64,000 nucleotides of DNA. It comes from an uncultured Solirubrobacterales bacterium (GTDB lineage Bacteria; Actinomycetota; Thermoleophilia; Solirubrobacterales; Solirubrobacteraceae). The stretch lies in NCBI GenBank assembly GCA_963746695.1, contig CAVVCP010000023.1, positions 37,413 through 101,412 of the forward strand. The letters are read 5' to 3'. This document shows positions 17,610-28,023 of this stretch, piece by piece. Below the pieces are notes generated by a model, which was given only the letters and a program-made list of their open reading frames with translations, ran no database searches and was not told where the DNA came from. The position numbers and the translations under genes are program-made. Within the stretch, counting starts at the first letter, position 1, and each line of letters opens with the position of its first letter.

Positions 17610-18335
17610 CTACGGACCGTGCCGCCCGTCCCCGCCCTGGCGGCGTCGCGCGAGATAGTCCCACAGCATCTCGCGCTGCCGCTCGGCCCACACGGTCTCG
17701 CGTTTTCGGAGCGCCTCCGCGTCTGAGGACCAGCGGCGCGGTCCCCCGAACCCGTGGGTGAGCACCTGCTGGTGGGCGGCCTTCTCGAGCAGCACGGCGT
17801 TGATCACGGCGTCACGGACGTCCTTGCCCGCGGTCACGATCCCGTGGTTGACGAGCAGCAGCGCTGGCCGCTCGCCGATCGTGGCCGCGACGTCGGCGCC
17901 CATCTTGGAGGTCACGATCAGCTCGGCCGTCTTGGTGTAACGGGGCACTCCGGGCGGCACGAACAGGGTGCCGGCGTGCGACACCGGCCGCAACGGCTGT
18001 CCGCTGGCGCCGAGCGCGATCGAGTGCGGCGGGTGGGAGTGGACGACGCCGCCGACCTCGGGCCGCGCCCGCATGACCTCGGTGTGGATCGGCCATTCGA
18101 CGTGGCGCGGGCGATCGCCGGCGAGCACCTCGCCGTCGAAGCCGACGAGGATGATCTGGTCCGCGGTGATCTCCTCGAAGCCGAAGCCGGCGGCCTTCAT
18201 CCACACGCCGCGACCATCGGGGTCGCGGGCCGAGACGTGTCCCCAGATGTAGTCGTCGTGACCGTTCGCGCCGAGGATGCGGCACCCGAGGGCAACGAGC
18301 TCGCGGAGCTCATCGGTGCCGTCCGAGTTGGTCAT
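17610..18335 (-). CDS. Class II aldolase/adducin family protein
   Basis: VVHSHPPHSIALGA and LLVNHGIVTAG motifs. Confidence 0.85.
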   Translation of the reverse strand: MTNSDGTDELRELVALGCRILGANGHDDYIWGHVSARDPDGRGVWMKAAGFGFEEITADQIILVGFDGEVLAGDRPRHVEWPIHTEVMRARPEVGGVVHSHPPHSIALGASGQPLRPVSHAGTLFVPPGVPRYTKTAELIVTSKMGADVAATIGERPALLLVNHGIVTAGKDVRDAVINAVLLEKAAHQQVLTHGFGGPRRWSSDAEALRKRETVWAERQREMLWDYLARRRQGGDGRHGP

Positions 18336-18363
18336 GCGCGGAGAATGACATTGTCCGCGGCGG

Positions 18364-21300
18364 ATGCGAACATGTGTTCGAGTGTCGCCGCCATACGTTG
18401 AACTTCATTGCCACTCGGCCTTCTCGTTCCTCGATGGCGCCTCGCTGCCCGACGAGATCGTTCCCGCCGCGCTCGAGCTCGGGTACGAAGCGGTTGCCCT
18501 GACCGACCACAACACGGTCTCGGGGTCGATGGAGTTCGCGGTCTCCGCGCGGGCGCTCGGGCTGAGTCCGATCCACGGCGCCGAAATCGACCTCGCGCCG
18601 GGTGACTCTCCCGGGGGCCGCCACCTGACGCTGCTCGTGCAGGACGCGGGCGGCTGGTCCAACTTGTGCCGGATCCTGACCCGCGCGCATGCCCACACGC
18701 GTGAGAAGCCGGGACCTCCCTCGCAGGCGTTCGTCGAGCTCGCGGATGTTCTGGACAACGCGCAGGGGCTGATCTGCCTGAGCGGTTGCGCGCTGCGCGG
18801 GGTGCACGACGAGTTCACGCTCAGGCGGCTGCTCGATGCGTTTGGGGCAGACCGTCTCCGCGTCGAGTTGCAACGGCCATTCCTGCGTGACGATCGCGCC
18901 CGCAACCGCAGCCTCGAGCGCGTCGCGCAGCGTCTCGGCGTCCGGTGCGTCGCGACCGGGAACGTGCATGCGCACACGCGCGTTCGCGCGCCGTTGCAGG
19001 ACGCGCTGGTGGCGGTTCGCCTGCACACCACGCTCGATGCCTCAGAGCCGGAGCGGCGAGGCAACTTCAGCCATGTGCTCGCCGCGCCGGCGGCGATGGC
19101 GAGTCGCTTTTCCGAGCATCCGGAGGCGGTCGCGGAGACGGTGGCGCTCGCGGAGCGGCTGCGGTTCGATCTGAGCAGCGACCTCGGCTACAGGTATCCG
19201 GGGGCGGAGGACGCGGCGGCGATGCGCAACCTCTCGGAGCTGTGTCAGTCGCGACTCGAGGAGCGATACCAGGGCGGAGAGGAGGTGCGCGCGGGCGCCG
19301 CCGCCCGGCTCGAGCAGGAGCTGAGGATCATCGAGAGGCTCGGCCTGCCCGGGTTCTTCCTGCTCCATCACGACATGCTCGAGCTGGCCCGGGAGGTCGC
19401 GCTCGAGGTGCGCGGCGCCGGCAGCGTCCGGGGGCTGCTGCCGCCGGGGCGGGGTCGCGGCTCGAGCGTCTCCTCGATCGTCTGCTTCCTCACCGGTCTC
19501 TCGCACGTCGATCCGATCGAGAACGACCTGCTGATCGGCCGCTTCCTGAACGAGGAGCTGACCGCGCTGCCGGATATCGACCTCGACTTCCCGCGCGACA
19601 TCAGGGAGAAGCTGATCCCGCGGGTTCACGAGCGCTACGGCCACGACCGCTCGGCGCTGGTGGCGGCGTTCCCGACCTACCGCGCCCGCGGCGCGATCCG
19701 CGAGCTCGGCAAGGCGCTGGGGCTGCCGCCGGGGGAGATCGAACGGGTGGCCCGGGGCAGCGAGGGGTGGGACGCGCGCGATGTCGGCAGTGACATCGAA
19801 AACGTGTTCAGCGGCCGGCGCGAGGCGACGGGTCGATGGGCATGGCTCGCGCGGCTGGCGGCCGAGGCCCACGGGCTTCCGCGCCACCTGAGCCAGCACT
19901 CGGGCGGGATGATCGTCGCGACCCGGCCGCTGATCGACTGTTGCCCGATCGTGCCCGCGGCGATGGAGGGCCGCCAGATCGTCCAGTGGGACAAGGACTC
20001 GTGCTCGGACGCGGGGTTCCTGAAGATCGACCTGCTCGGGCTCGGGATGCTGTCGGCGGTCGAGCGGTCGGTGGAGATGATCTCTCGCACCCGGGGCGAG
20101 CAGATCGACCTGAGCCGGATCGCGTATGACGATCCGGCCACATACGAATGCATCCAGAACGCGGACACGACTGGGGTGTTCCAGATCGAGAGCCGGGCGC
20201 AGATGCAGTCGCTGTACCGGACCCGGCCCGAGAACCTCAAGGACATCACGATCCAGGTCGCGATCGTCCGGCCGGGGCCGATCCAGGGAGGCGCGGTCAA
20301 CCCGTACATCGAGCGCCGCCAGCGGCTGCGCGTCGATCCCGACTACGAGGTCCCGTACGAGCATCCGTCGCTCGAGCCCGCGCTGCGCGAGACGCTCGGC
20401 TCGATCATCTTCCAGGATCAGGTGATCGAGGTCGCGATCGCGTTCGCCGGGTTCTCGCCGGGTGAGGCCGAGGGGCTGCGGCGGGCGATGAGCCGCAAGC
20501 GCTCGGATGCCGCGATCGAGGCGTACCACCGGCGGTTCGTCGCGGGCGCCCGACGGCGGCACGGGGTCGACGAGGAGACGGCCGAGCGCGTGTTCTCGAT
20601 GGTCCGTGGCTTCTCGGGGTTCGGCTTCCCGAAGGCGCATGGCGCCGCGTTCGGCCTGCTCGCCTACCAATCGACCTGGCTGCGCGTCCACTACGGCCCC
20701 GAGTTCCTGTGCTCGCTGCTGAACGAGCAGCCGATGGGCTTCTACCCGCCCGACGCGCTCGTCCACGAGGCCCAGCGGCGGGGAATCGGGGTGCTGGCGC
20801 CCGACGTCAACGAGAGTGGCGCGAGTTGCGGGATCGAGGACTCCGGGGTCGTCCGGATCGGGCTCGGCTACGTCCGGGGCGTCACCGAGCAGGAGGTGAC
20901 CGAACTGGTCGCGGTCCGCGAGGCCGGCGGGCGGTTTCGCACGCTCGCCGATCTCGCCTCGCGCGCGAGCTCGAGCGCCGCCTCGCTGGAGATGCTCGCC
21001 TGGTCGGGGGCCTGCGACTCGCTCGTACCCGAGGCGATGGCCGGCTCGGCGCGCCGGATCGCGCTATGGCAACTCGGCGTGGCGACGCCGGGGCGAAGGG
21101 TGCCCGGCGGGGTGCAGCTGGCGCTGCCGCTGGACCTGCCGGCGCCGCCCGAGCTGCGAGCGCTCACGCCGTGGGAGTCGATGCTGGCCGACTACGGCAC
21201 GACCGGGCTGACCGCGCACGCGCATCCGATCGCGCTGCTGCGAGACCGGCTACCCGACCACACTGTGGCGAGCCGCGCTCTGGGGACGTTGCGCCACGGC

Positions 21301-21708
21301 ACGCGCGTGAGGGTGGGCGGGTTGGTGGTGGCGCGGCAGCGCCCGGGCACGGCGAACGGGATCGTGTTCGTGCTGCTCGAGGACGAGTACGGGACGATCA
21401 ACCTGATCGTCCCCGCGCCGGTCTATGAGCGCCACCGGCTGACGGTGAGAACCGAGCCGTTGATGCTGGCCGAGGGCAAGCTCGAGTGCCTGCCGGCGGC
21501 CGGCGGCGCGATCAACGTGCTGGTCGATCGGGTCCAGCCGATTGCGGCGCCCGACCATCTGGTCGCCGAGGTCAAGGACTTCTCGATGCTCGACGAGCAG
21601 GTGCGGCGGGGGCTGGCCGAACAGCGAACGTCCCGCGAGACGGATGCGGAGGATTTCCGCGCGGTCGCTCCGCCGGTGATGAGCTTTGCCTCGGGGCGGC
21701 GGCGATGA
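18364..21708 (+). CDS. dnaE2: Error-prone DNA polymerase III alpha-like subunit DnaE2
   Basis: PHP domain YVELHCHSAFSFLDGAS. About 1100 aa Pol III alpha architecture without a tau/OB extension. LexA box at the start. Confidence 0.9.
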   Translation: MRTCVRVSPPYVELHCHSAFSFLDGASLPDEIVPAALELGYEAVALTDHNTVSGSMEFAVSARALGLSPIHGAEIDLAPGDSPGGRHLTLLVQDAGGWSNLCRILTRAHAHTREKPGPPSQAFVELADVLDNAQGLICLSGCALRGVHDEFTLRRLLDAFGADRLRVELQRPFLRDDRARNRSLERVAQRLGVRCVATGNVHAHTRVRAPLQDALVAVRLHTTLDASEPERRGNFSHVLAAPAAMASRFSEHPEAVAETVALAERLRFDLSSDLGYRYPGAEDAAAMRNLSELCQSRLEERYQGGEEVRAGAAARLEQELRIIERLGLPGFFLLHHDMLELAREVALEVRGAGSVRGLLPPGRGRGSSVSSIVCFLTGLSHVDPIENDLLIGRFLNEELTALPDIDLDFPRDIREKLIPRVHERYGHDRSALVAAFPTYRARGAIRELGKALGLPPGEIERVARGSEGWDARDVGSDIENVFSGRREATGRWAWLARLAAEAHGLPRHLSQHSGGMIVATRPLIDCCPIVPAAMEGRQIVQWDKDSCSDAGFLKIDLLGLGMLSAVERSVEMISRTRGEQIDLSRIAYDDPATYECIQNADTTGVFQIESRAQMQSLYRTRPENLKDITIQVAIVRPGPIQGGAVNPYIERRQRLRVDPDYEVPYEHPSLEPALRETLGSIIFQDQVIEVAIAFAGFSPGEAEGLRRAMSRKRSDAAIEAYHRRFVAGARRRHGVDEETAERVFSMVRGFSGFGFPKAHGAAFGLLAYQSTWLRVHYGPEFLCSLLNEQPMGFYPPDALVHEAQRRGIGVLAPDVNESGASCGIEDSGVVRIGLGYVRGVTEQEVTELVAVREAGGRFRTLADLASRASSSAASLEMLAWSGACDSLVPEAMAGSARRIALWQLGVATPGRRVPGGVQLALPLDLPAPPELRALTPWESMLADYGTTGLTAHAHPIALLRDRLPDHTVASRALGTLRHGTRVRVGGLVVARQRPGTANGIVFVLLEDEYGTINLIVPAPVYERHRLTVRTEPLMLAEGKLECLPAAGGAINVLVDRVQPIAAPDHLVAEVKDFSMLDEQVRRGLAEQRTSRETDAEDFRAVAPPVMSFASGRRR
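18367..18380. promoter_or_regulatory. LexA (SOS) box CGAACATGTGTTCG at the dnaE2 start
   Basis: Same 14-mer as at 7413 (17-nt identity ATGCGAACATGTGTTCG). It overlaps ATG 18364. An alternative GTG start lies at 18382. Confidence 0.8.
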
Positions 21709-21777
21709 CCCTGGGCGCGGCGGCGATGACGCACCCGGTGCTCCGTTCCCGAGGTCAGCGCGGTAAGGTCCCGCACC

Positions 21778-22293
21778 GTGCTACCCGTCCTGTTCTTCGC
21801 GGCGTTCTGGGTCGTGCTGGGCCTCGGCGTGCTCGTGTTCGGCGTTCGCAGTGGCCCCGGTGGTGCGTCGGAGCCGGGATGGCGAGGGCGGCGGGCGATG
21901 GGCATTACGCTGGCGGTCGTCTACGTGGCGTTCGGAGTCGTGCTCCCGGTCGTGTTCCTGGTCGGCAATCGCAACAGCGCCAACGGACAGGTGGGCGGGA
22001 TCCACCTGACCGCCGCCGAGAAGCGGGGACGCGAGATCTTCGGTGAGAAGTGCGGGCTGTGCCACACGCTCGCCGCGGCCAACGCCGTCGGCAAGGTGGG
22101 CCCGAACCTCGACATGATCCAACCGACCGAGGCGCTCGTGCTGCACACAATCGCATACGGCTGTCTGCAGAACCCGCCGTCGGGGAGCCAGGAGGCGTGC
22201 CTGGGCGAGGGGACGATGCCCGCCGACGTCGTGCAGGGCGTCGACGCGGCCGACGTGGCGAAGTTCGTCAGCAAGGTCGCGGGCCAGGAGTAG
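21778..22293 (+). CDS. Membrane-anchored c-type cytochrome
   Basis: Two N-terminal hydrophobic helices, then haem motif CGLCH with a downstream Met (GEGTMPAD). Confidence 0.75.
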   Translation: MLPVLFFAAFWVVLGLGVLVFGVRSGPGGASEPGWRGRRAMGITLAVVYVAFGVVLPVVFLVGNRNSANGQVGGIHLTAAEKRGREIFGEKCGLCHTLAAANAVGKVGPNLDMIQPTEALVLHTIAYGCLQNPPSGSQEACLGEGTMPADVVQGVDAADVAKFVSKVAGQE

Positions 22294-22397
22294 CCGCCCT
22301 CTGCATACGGGCTGGCTGGACGGCCAGGCCGCATATTGCGCGGAAATGGTCAGGAATGAGACAGCGTTCCGTCCGTCCGCGCTGTTAGGATCGCCGC

Positions 22398-22530
22398 GCG
22401 AAAAGCTGAATTCCCGCGCCGCTTGACTCGAGAGCGGAGGGAGCGGGGGACCCAAGTTGTTGGGGCGAATCGCCTTGAATGCGTAGCGCCGCTCTTTCGG
22501 TGCGAGCCCGTCAGCTAACCCCGTAAGCAC
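22398..22530 (+). promoter_or_regulatory. Cyclic-di-AMP riboswitch (ydaO/yuaA-type leader)
   Basis: GAGCGGGGGACCCA (22441-22454), GGGGCGAATC (22462-22471) and GAGCCCGTCAGCTAACCCCGTAAGC (22504-22528) match the conserved cores of the ydaO motif. An AAGAGG Shine-Dalgarno sequence and ATG 22551 follow. Confidence 0.8.
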
Positions 22531-22550
22531 GAGAAAGAGGACGGTCTTAC

Positions 22551-22937
22551 ATGCCCAATGCAGGCGCCCCTGCGCGTTCTACGCGCCGGAACGTCGTGCC
22601 GTGGTGGGAGGAACTCGACAGCGAAGCGTTTCGCGAGTTTCGAGCTGCCACGGAGGCATCATCACCAGCTCCCGAGATCACCGAGCGTGAGCAGCTCGAG
22701 CTGACGTCGACCGCTTCTTACACGTACGACGGCAACGGCCGACGGACGGTGCACATCACCGGCCGCGGGGCCGAGCGCAACCTGCCGGTCACCCGTCCCA
22801 CGCTGCGGCGCCACGAGCGCGAGGGCTTCAGGCCCGACCGGGCGGCGTTGTGGGCGGTGCTGCTCGGGATGTTGCTGATCGTGGTCGCCGCCACGAGCGC
22901 CCACGCGGCGGTGCTCGCGCACCAGCTGCCCCACTGA
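22551..22937 (+). CDS. Hypothetical tail-anchored membrane protein (128 aa) downstream of the c-di-AMP riboswitch
   Basis: Shine-Dalgarno AAGAGG 11 nt upstream. C-terminal TM ALWAVLLGMLLIVVAATSAHAAV. No recognisable domain. Confidence 0.6.
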   Translation: MPNAGAPARSTRRNVVPWWEELDSEAFREFRAATEASSPAPEITEREQLELTSTASYTYDGNGRRTVHITGRGAERNLPVTRPTLRRHEREGFRPDRAALWAVLLGMLLIVVAATSAHAAVLAHQLPH

Positions 22938-23152
22938 AGTCCCCTCACCCTTACGGACCTCGCGTCCGCCGCTGATCCAGGCTTTACGGGCGGACGTATA
23001 TACAAGTGTTGGGCCGATGCTAAGTCGCCCAAAAGTAGTGCGTCCATCACTTGTGCGGCTGTCCCCGCCCAACTAAACTTATCTAGCGTAAGCAGGTCTC
23101 GAAAGTGAAGGGCTTCAGGCCCTTCAGCCCCCCTGACCTCCTGGTGGTCACC

Positions 23153-23716
23153 ATGAAGACTTCGATGAGCAGATTCCAAATCCACGACGACCTGACCGCC
23201 CCCGAGGGCTCGGTTCCGGTTCTGCGAGGGGCACTCGCGACGGGCGGTCAGCTGCCGAACTTCCTCGGTGTGCTGGCGGGCTCGCCGGCGGCGTTGCGGG
23301 CATACGCCCGCTTCCGCTCAGAGCTCCGGCACGGCAAGCTGACGCTGCCGACGCTCGAGCGCATTGCGCTCGCCGTGGCCGAGTACTACCAGTCCGAGCC
23401 GGGGATCGCGATGCACTCGCGAACCGCTCGGGCGGCCGGGCTGGCCCTCGACGAGGTGGCGCTGGCGCGGCAGTTCAACTCCAAGGACCAACGGGAGGCA
23501 GCACTCCTGCGCTACCTCCAGGCGATGCTCGAGGAACGCGGCCGCGCCCCGATGCACCTCCACGAGGAGGCGCGCGAGGCCGGCTGGGACGACGAGCAGA
23601 TCCTGGAGGCGATCGCGACCGTCTCGCTGGAGGGGTTCACCGCGATGGTGAACGTCGCCGGCGAGGTGCCCGTCGACGGCTCGAGCGAGGCGTCGCGGGC
23701 CCTGCAAGCAGCGTAA
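23153..23716 (+). CDS. Carboxymuconolactone decarboxylase (AhpD-like) family protein
   Basis: LPTLERIALAVAEYYQSEPGIAMHSRTARAAG is a typical CMD-family region. Start uncertain (tracked ORF opens at 23105; ATGs at 23153 and 23165). Confidence 0.75.
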   Translation: MKTSMSRFQIHDDLTAPEGSVPVLRGALATGGQLPNFLGVLAGSPAALRAYARFRSELRHGKLTLPTLERIALAVAEYYQSEPGIAMHSRTARAAGLALDEVALARQFNSKDQREAALLRYLQAMLEERGRAPMHLHEEAREAGWDDEQILEAIATVSLEGFTAMVNVAGEVPVDGSSEASRALQAA

Positions 23717-23732
23717 GCTCCACAATCCAGAG

Positions 23733-24110
23733 ATGGCAGCGCCCGAGGACACGGCCGAGTCTGATCGCGGCGACACGCGCGGGACAGCGTGTTGTCCCCT
23801 GTACCACGAGGCGGTTGAGCTGGTCGGCCGCCGCTGGACGGGCGCGATCCTCGCGGTGCTGATGGAGGGCACACTGCGCTTCTCCGAGATCGCGCAGGCC
23901 GTGCCGGAGCTGTCCGACCGCCTGCTGTCCGAGCGGATGAAGGAGCTCGAGGGCCGTGGCATGGTCGAGCGCAACGTGATCTCCGGGCCGCCGCTCCGCG
24001 TCGAGTACTCGCTCTCGCAGATGGGTCGCGAGCTCGAGCCGGCGATCGGCGAGCTCCAGCGCTGGGCCACCCGCTGGCTCAGCGGGCGCAGCCTCTCCAC
24101 CCGGCTTTAA
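23733..24110 (+). CDS. HxlR family transcriptional regulator
   Basis: CPLYHEAVELVGRRWTGAILAVLMEGTLRFSEI...LSERMKELEGRGMVER...YSLSQMG. Confidence 0.9.
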   Translation: MAAPEDTAESDRGDTRGTACCPLYHEAVELVGRRWTGAILAVLMEGTLRFSEIAQAVPELSDRLLSERMKELEGRGMVERNVISGPPLRVEYSLSQMGRELEPAIGELQRWATRWLSGRSLSTRL

Positions 24111-24135
24111 GCAAGCAAGTAACGTTCGCAGCTCG

Positions 24136-25475
24136 ATGGCTGCGACCGCCGATCCACTCACCCAAGCCGACGTCGTCGCGCTGGTCGGGGAGCAGGACAT
24201 CAGATTCATCCGGCTCTGGTTCACCGACATCCTCGGCCAGCTGAAGGCGTTCTCGATCAACGCCACCGAGCTGACCGACGCGTTCGAGGGCGGGATGGGC
24301 TTCGACGGCTCCTCGATCACCGGCTTCAACCCGATCGAGGAATCGGACATGATCGCGGTGCCCGACCCGACAACGTTCCGTGCGTTGCCGTGGCGCCCCG
24401 CCGAGCAGGGGGTGGCGCGGATGTTCTGCGACATCCAGACGCCCGAGCGCACGCCGTACGAGGGGGACCCGCGGCACGTGCTGCGCCGAGCGGTCGACCG
24501 GGCCAGGGCGATGGGGTTCGACCACTTCTACGTCGGGCCCGAGCTCGAGTACTTCTACTTCAAGAGCCCGAAGTCGACCGAGGTCCTCGACGAGGGCGGC
24601 TACTTCGACCTGACGACGCTCGACGCGGGATCGGACCTCCGCCGGGAGACCGTACTCGCGCTCGACCAGCTCGGGATCCACACCGAGTACGCCCACCACG
24701 AGGTCGGGCCGAGCCAGCACGAGATCGACATGCGCTACGCGGACGCGATGAAGATGGCCGACGACTGCATGACCTACCGGATCACGGTCAAGGAATACGC
24801 CATGAAGTACGGCCTGCACGCGACGTTCATGCCCAAGCCGCTGTTCGGCAAGAACGGCTCCGGGATGCACACGCACCAGTCGCTGTTCCGGGGCGAGCAG
24901 AACGCGTTCTTCGACGCCGACGATCCGTACTACCTCTCGGACGTCGGCAAGGCGTTCATCGCCGGGCAGCTCCGCCACGCCCGCGAGACCTGCTCGATCT
25001 TCGCCCAGTGGGTCAACTCCTACAAGCGGCTGGTTCCCGGCTACGAGGCGCCGGTATACCTGGCGTGGTCGCGGCGGAACCGCTCGGCACTCGTGCGCGT
25101 GCCTATGTACCACCCGGGCCGGGAGCGCACCACGCGCATGGAGTTGCGGTGTCCGGACCCGGCGTGCAACCCGTACCTGACGTTCGCGGTGCTGCTCCAG
25201 GCCGGGCTCGAGGGGATCGAGCACGGCTACGAGCTGCCCGACCCGATGGAGACGAACCTCTATCACCTCTCCTCAGAGGAGCGCCGGCGGCTCGGGATCG
25301 AGCAGCTCCCGGCGACGCTGGGCGACGCAATCGAGCTCACCGCCCAGTCGGAGCTCGTCCTGCGCTCGCTCGGCGAGCACATGTTCAACCGCTACATCGA
25401 GATCAAGCGCCAGGAGTGGGAGGACTACCGGGTCCAGGTGACCCCGTGGGAGCTCGAGCGGTACCTGCCGGTGCT

Positions 25476-25479
<4 letters not shown>
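24136..25479 (+). CDS. glnA: Type I glutamine synthetase (glutamate-ammonia ligase)
   Basis: [70 protein letters not shown]. Confidence 0.95.
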
Positions 25480-27452
<1,973 letters not shown>

Positions 27453-27536
27453 GTAGGTCAGGCTACCCGAGCGCAGACGGGCGCAATACGCTACGAGCAC
27501 CGGTTACGAGGACCGCGCCACCGAGGAGGAAACCAC

Positions 27537-27929
27537 TTGCCAGCACACCGCGAGTCGATAAGGGCGCCAGGCGCTCCCGAGGCAGTAGGCCCGTACGTCC
27601 ACGCCGTGCGTGCGGGCGACCTGTTGTTCTGCTCTGGCCAGATCCCGCTCGACCCGAAGACCGGGGACCTCGTCGGCGCGACCGCTGCCGACCAGGCCGG
27701 CCGCTGTCTGGAGAACCTGGCCGCGGTCTGCGACGCCGCGGGGGCTACGCTCGGAGACGCGGTGCGCCTGACCGTGTACCTGACCGACATGGCGTCGTTC
27801 GCCTCGGTCAACGAGGTGTACGCGTCGTTCTTCGAGTCCGACCCGCCGGCGCGGGTGGCGATCGCCGTGGCGGGACTTCCTCGGGGCGCGCTGGTCGAGA
27901 TCGACGCGGTGGTGGCGATCCCTGGCTGA
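27537..27929 (+). CDS. ridA: RidA (YjgF/TdcF) family reactive-intermediate deaminase
   Basis: TTG start 7 nt after GGAGGA. APEAVGPYVHAV...FCSGQIPLDP...ARVAIAVAGLPRGALVEIDAV. The upstream part of tracked ORF 26079..27929 is antisense to the DUF255 gene and was discarded. Confidence 0.85.
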   Translation: MPAHRESIRAPGAPEAVGPYVHAVRAGDLLFCSGQIPLDPKTGDLVGATAADQAGRCLENLAAVCDAAGATLGDAVRLTVYLTDMASFASVNEVYASFFESDPPARVAIAVAGLPRGALVEIDAVVAIPG

Positions 27930-28023
27930 CACGGCCCGATCCGCCGGTGTCAGCGCACCGGTCACCGCCGACGACATCCGCCGCGCCGCCCGGACGATCG
28001 CCGGCGTCGTCCGTGAGACGCCC

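Noticed and set aside
19795-19815. Additional LexA-like half-matches inside coding regions. Examples: GAAAACGTGTTC near 19798 in dnaE2 and GAACATCGTTCC near 41613 in sufS.
   Set aside because: Each has a core mismatch and lies within a gene far from any start. They are treated as chance occurrences.
22938-23152. Possible small RNA or tRNA in the less GC-rich spacer after the riboswitch-regulated ORF. It has a hairpin CGTCCGCC...GGCGGACG and a 7-nt inverted repeat ACAAGTG...CACTTGT.
   Set aside because: There is no cloverleaf or known RNA motif recognisable by eye. It is more likely a terminator plus the promoter of the CMD/HxlR genes.
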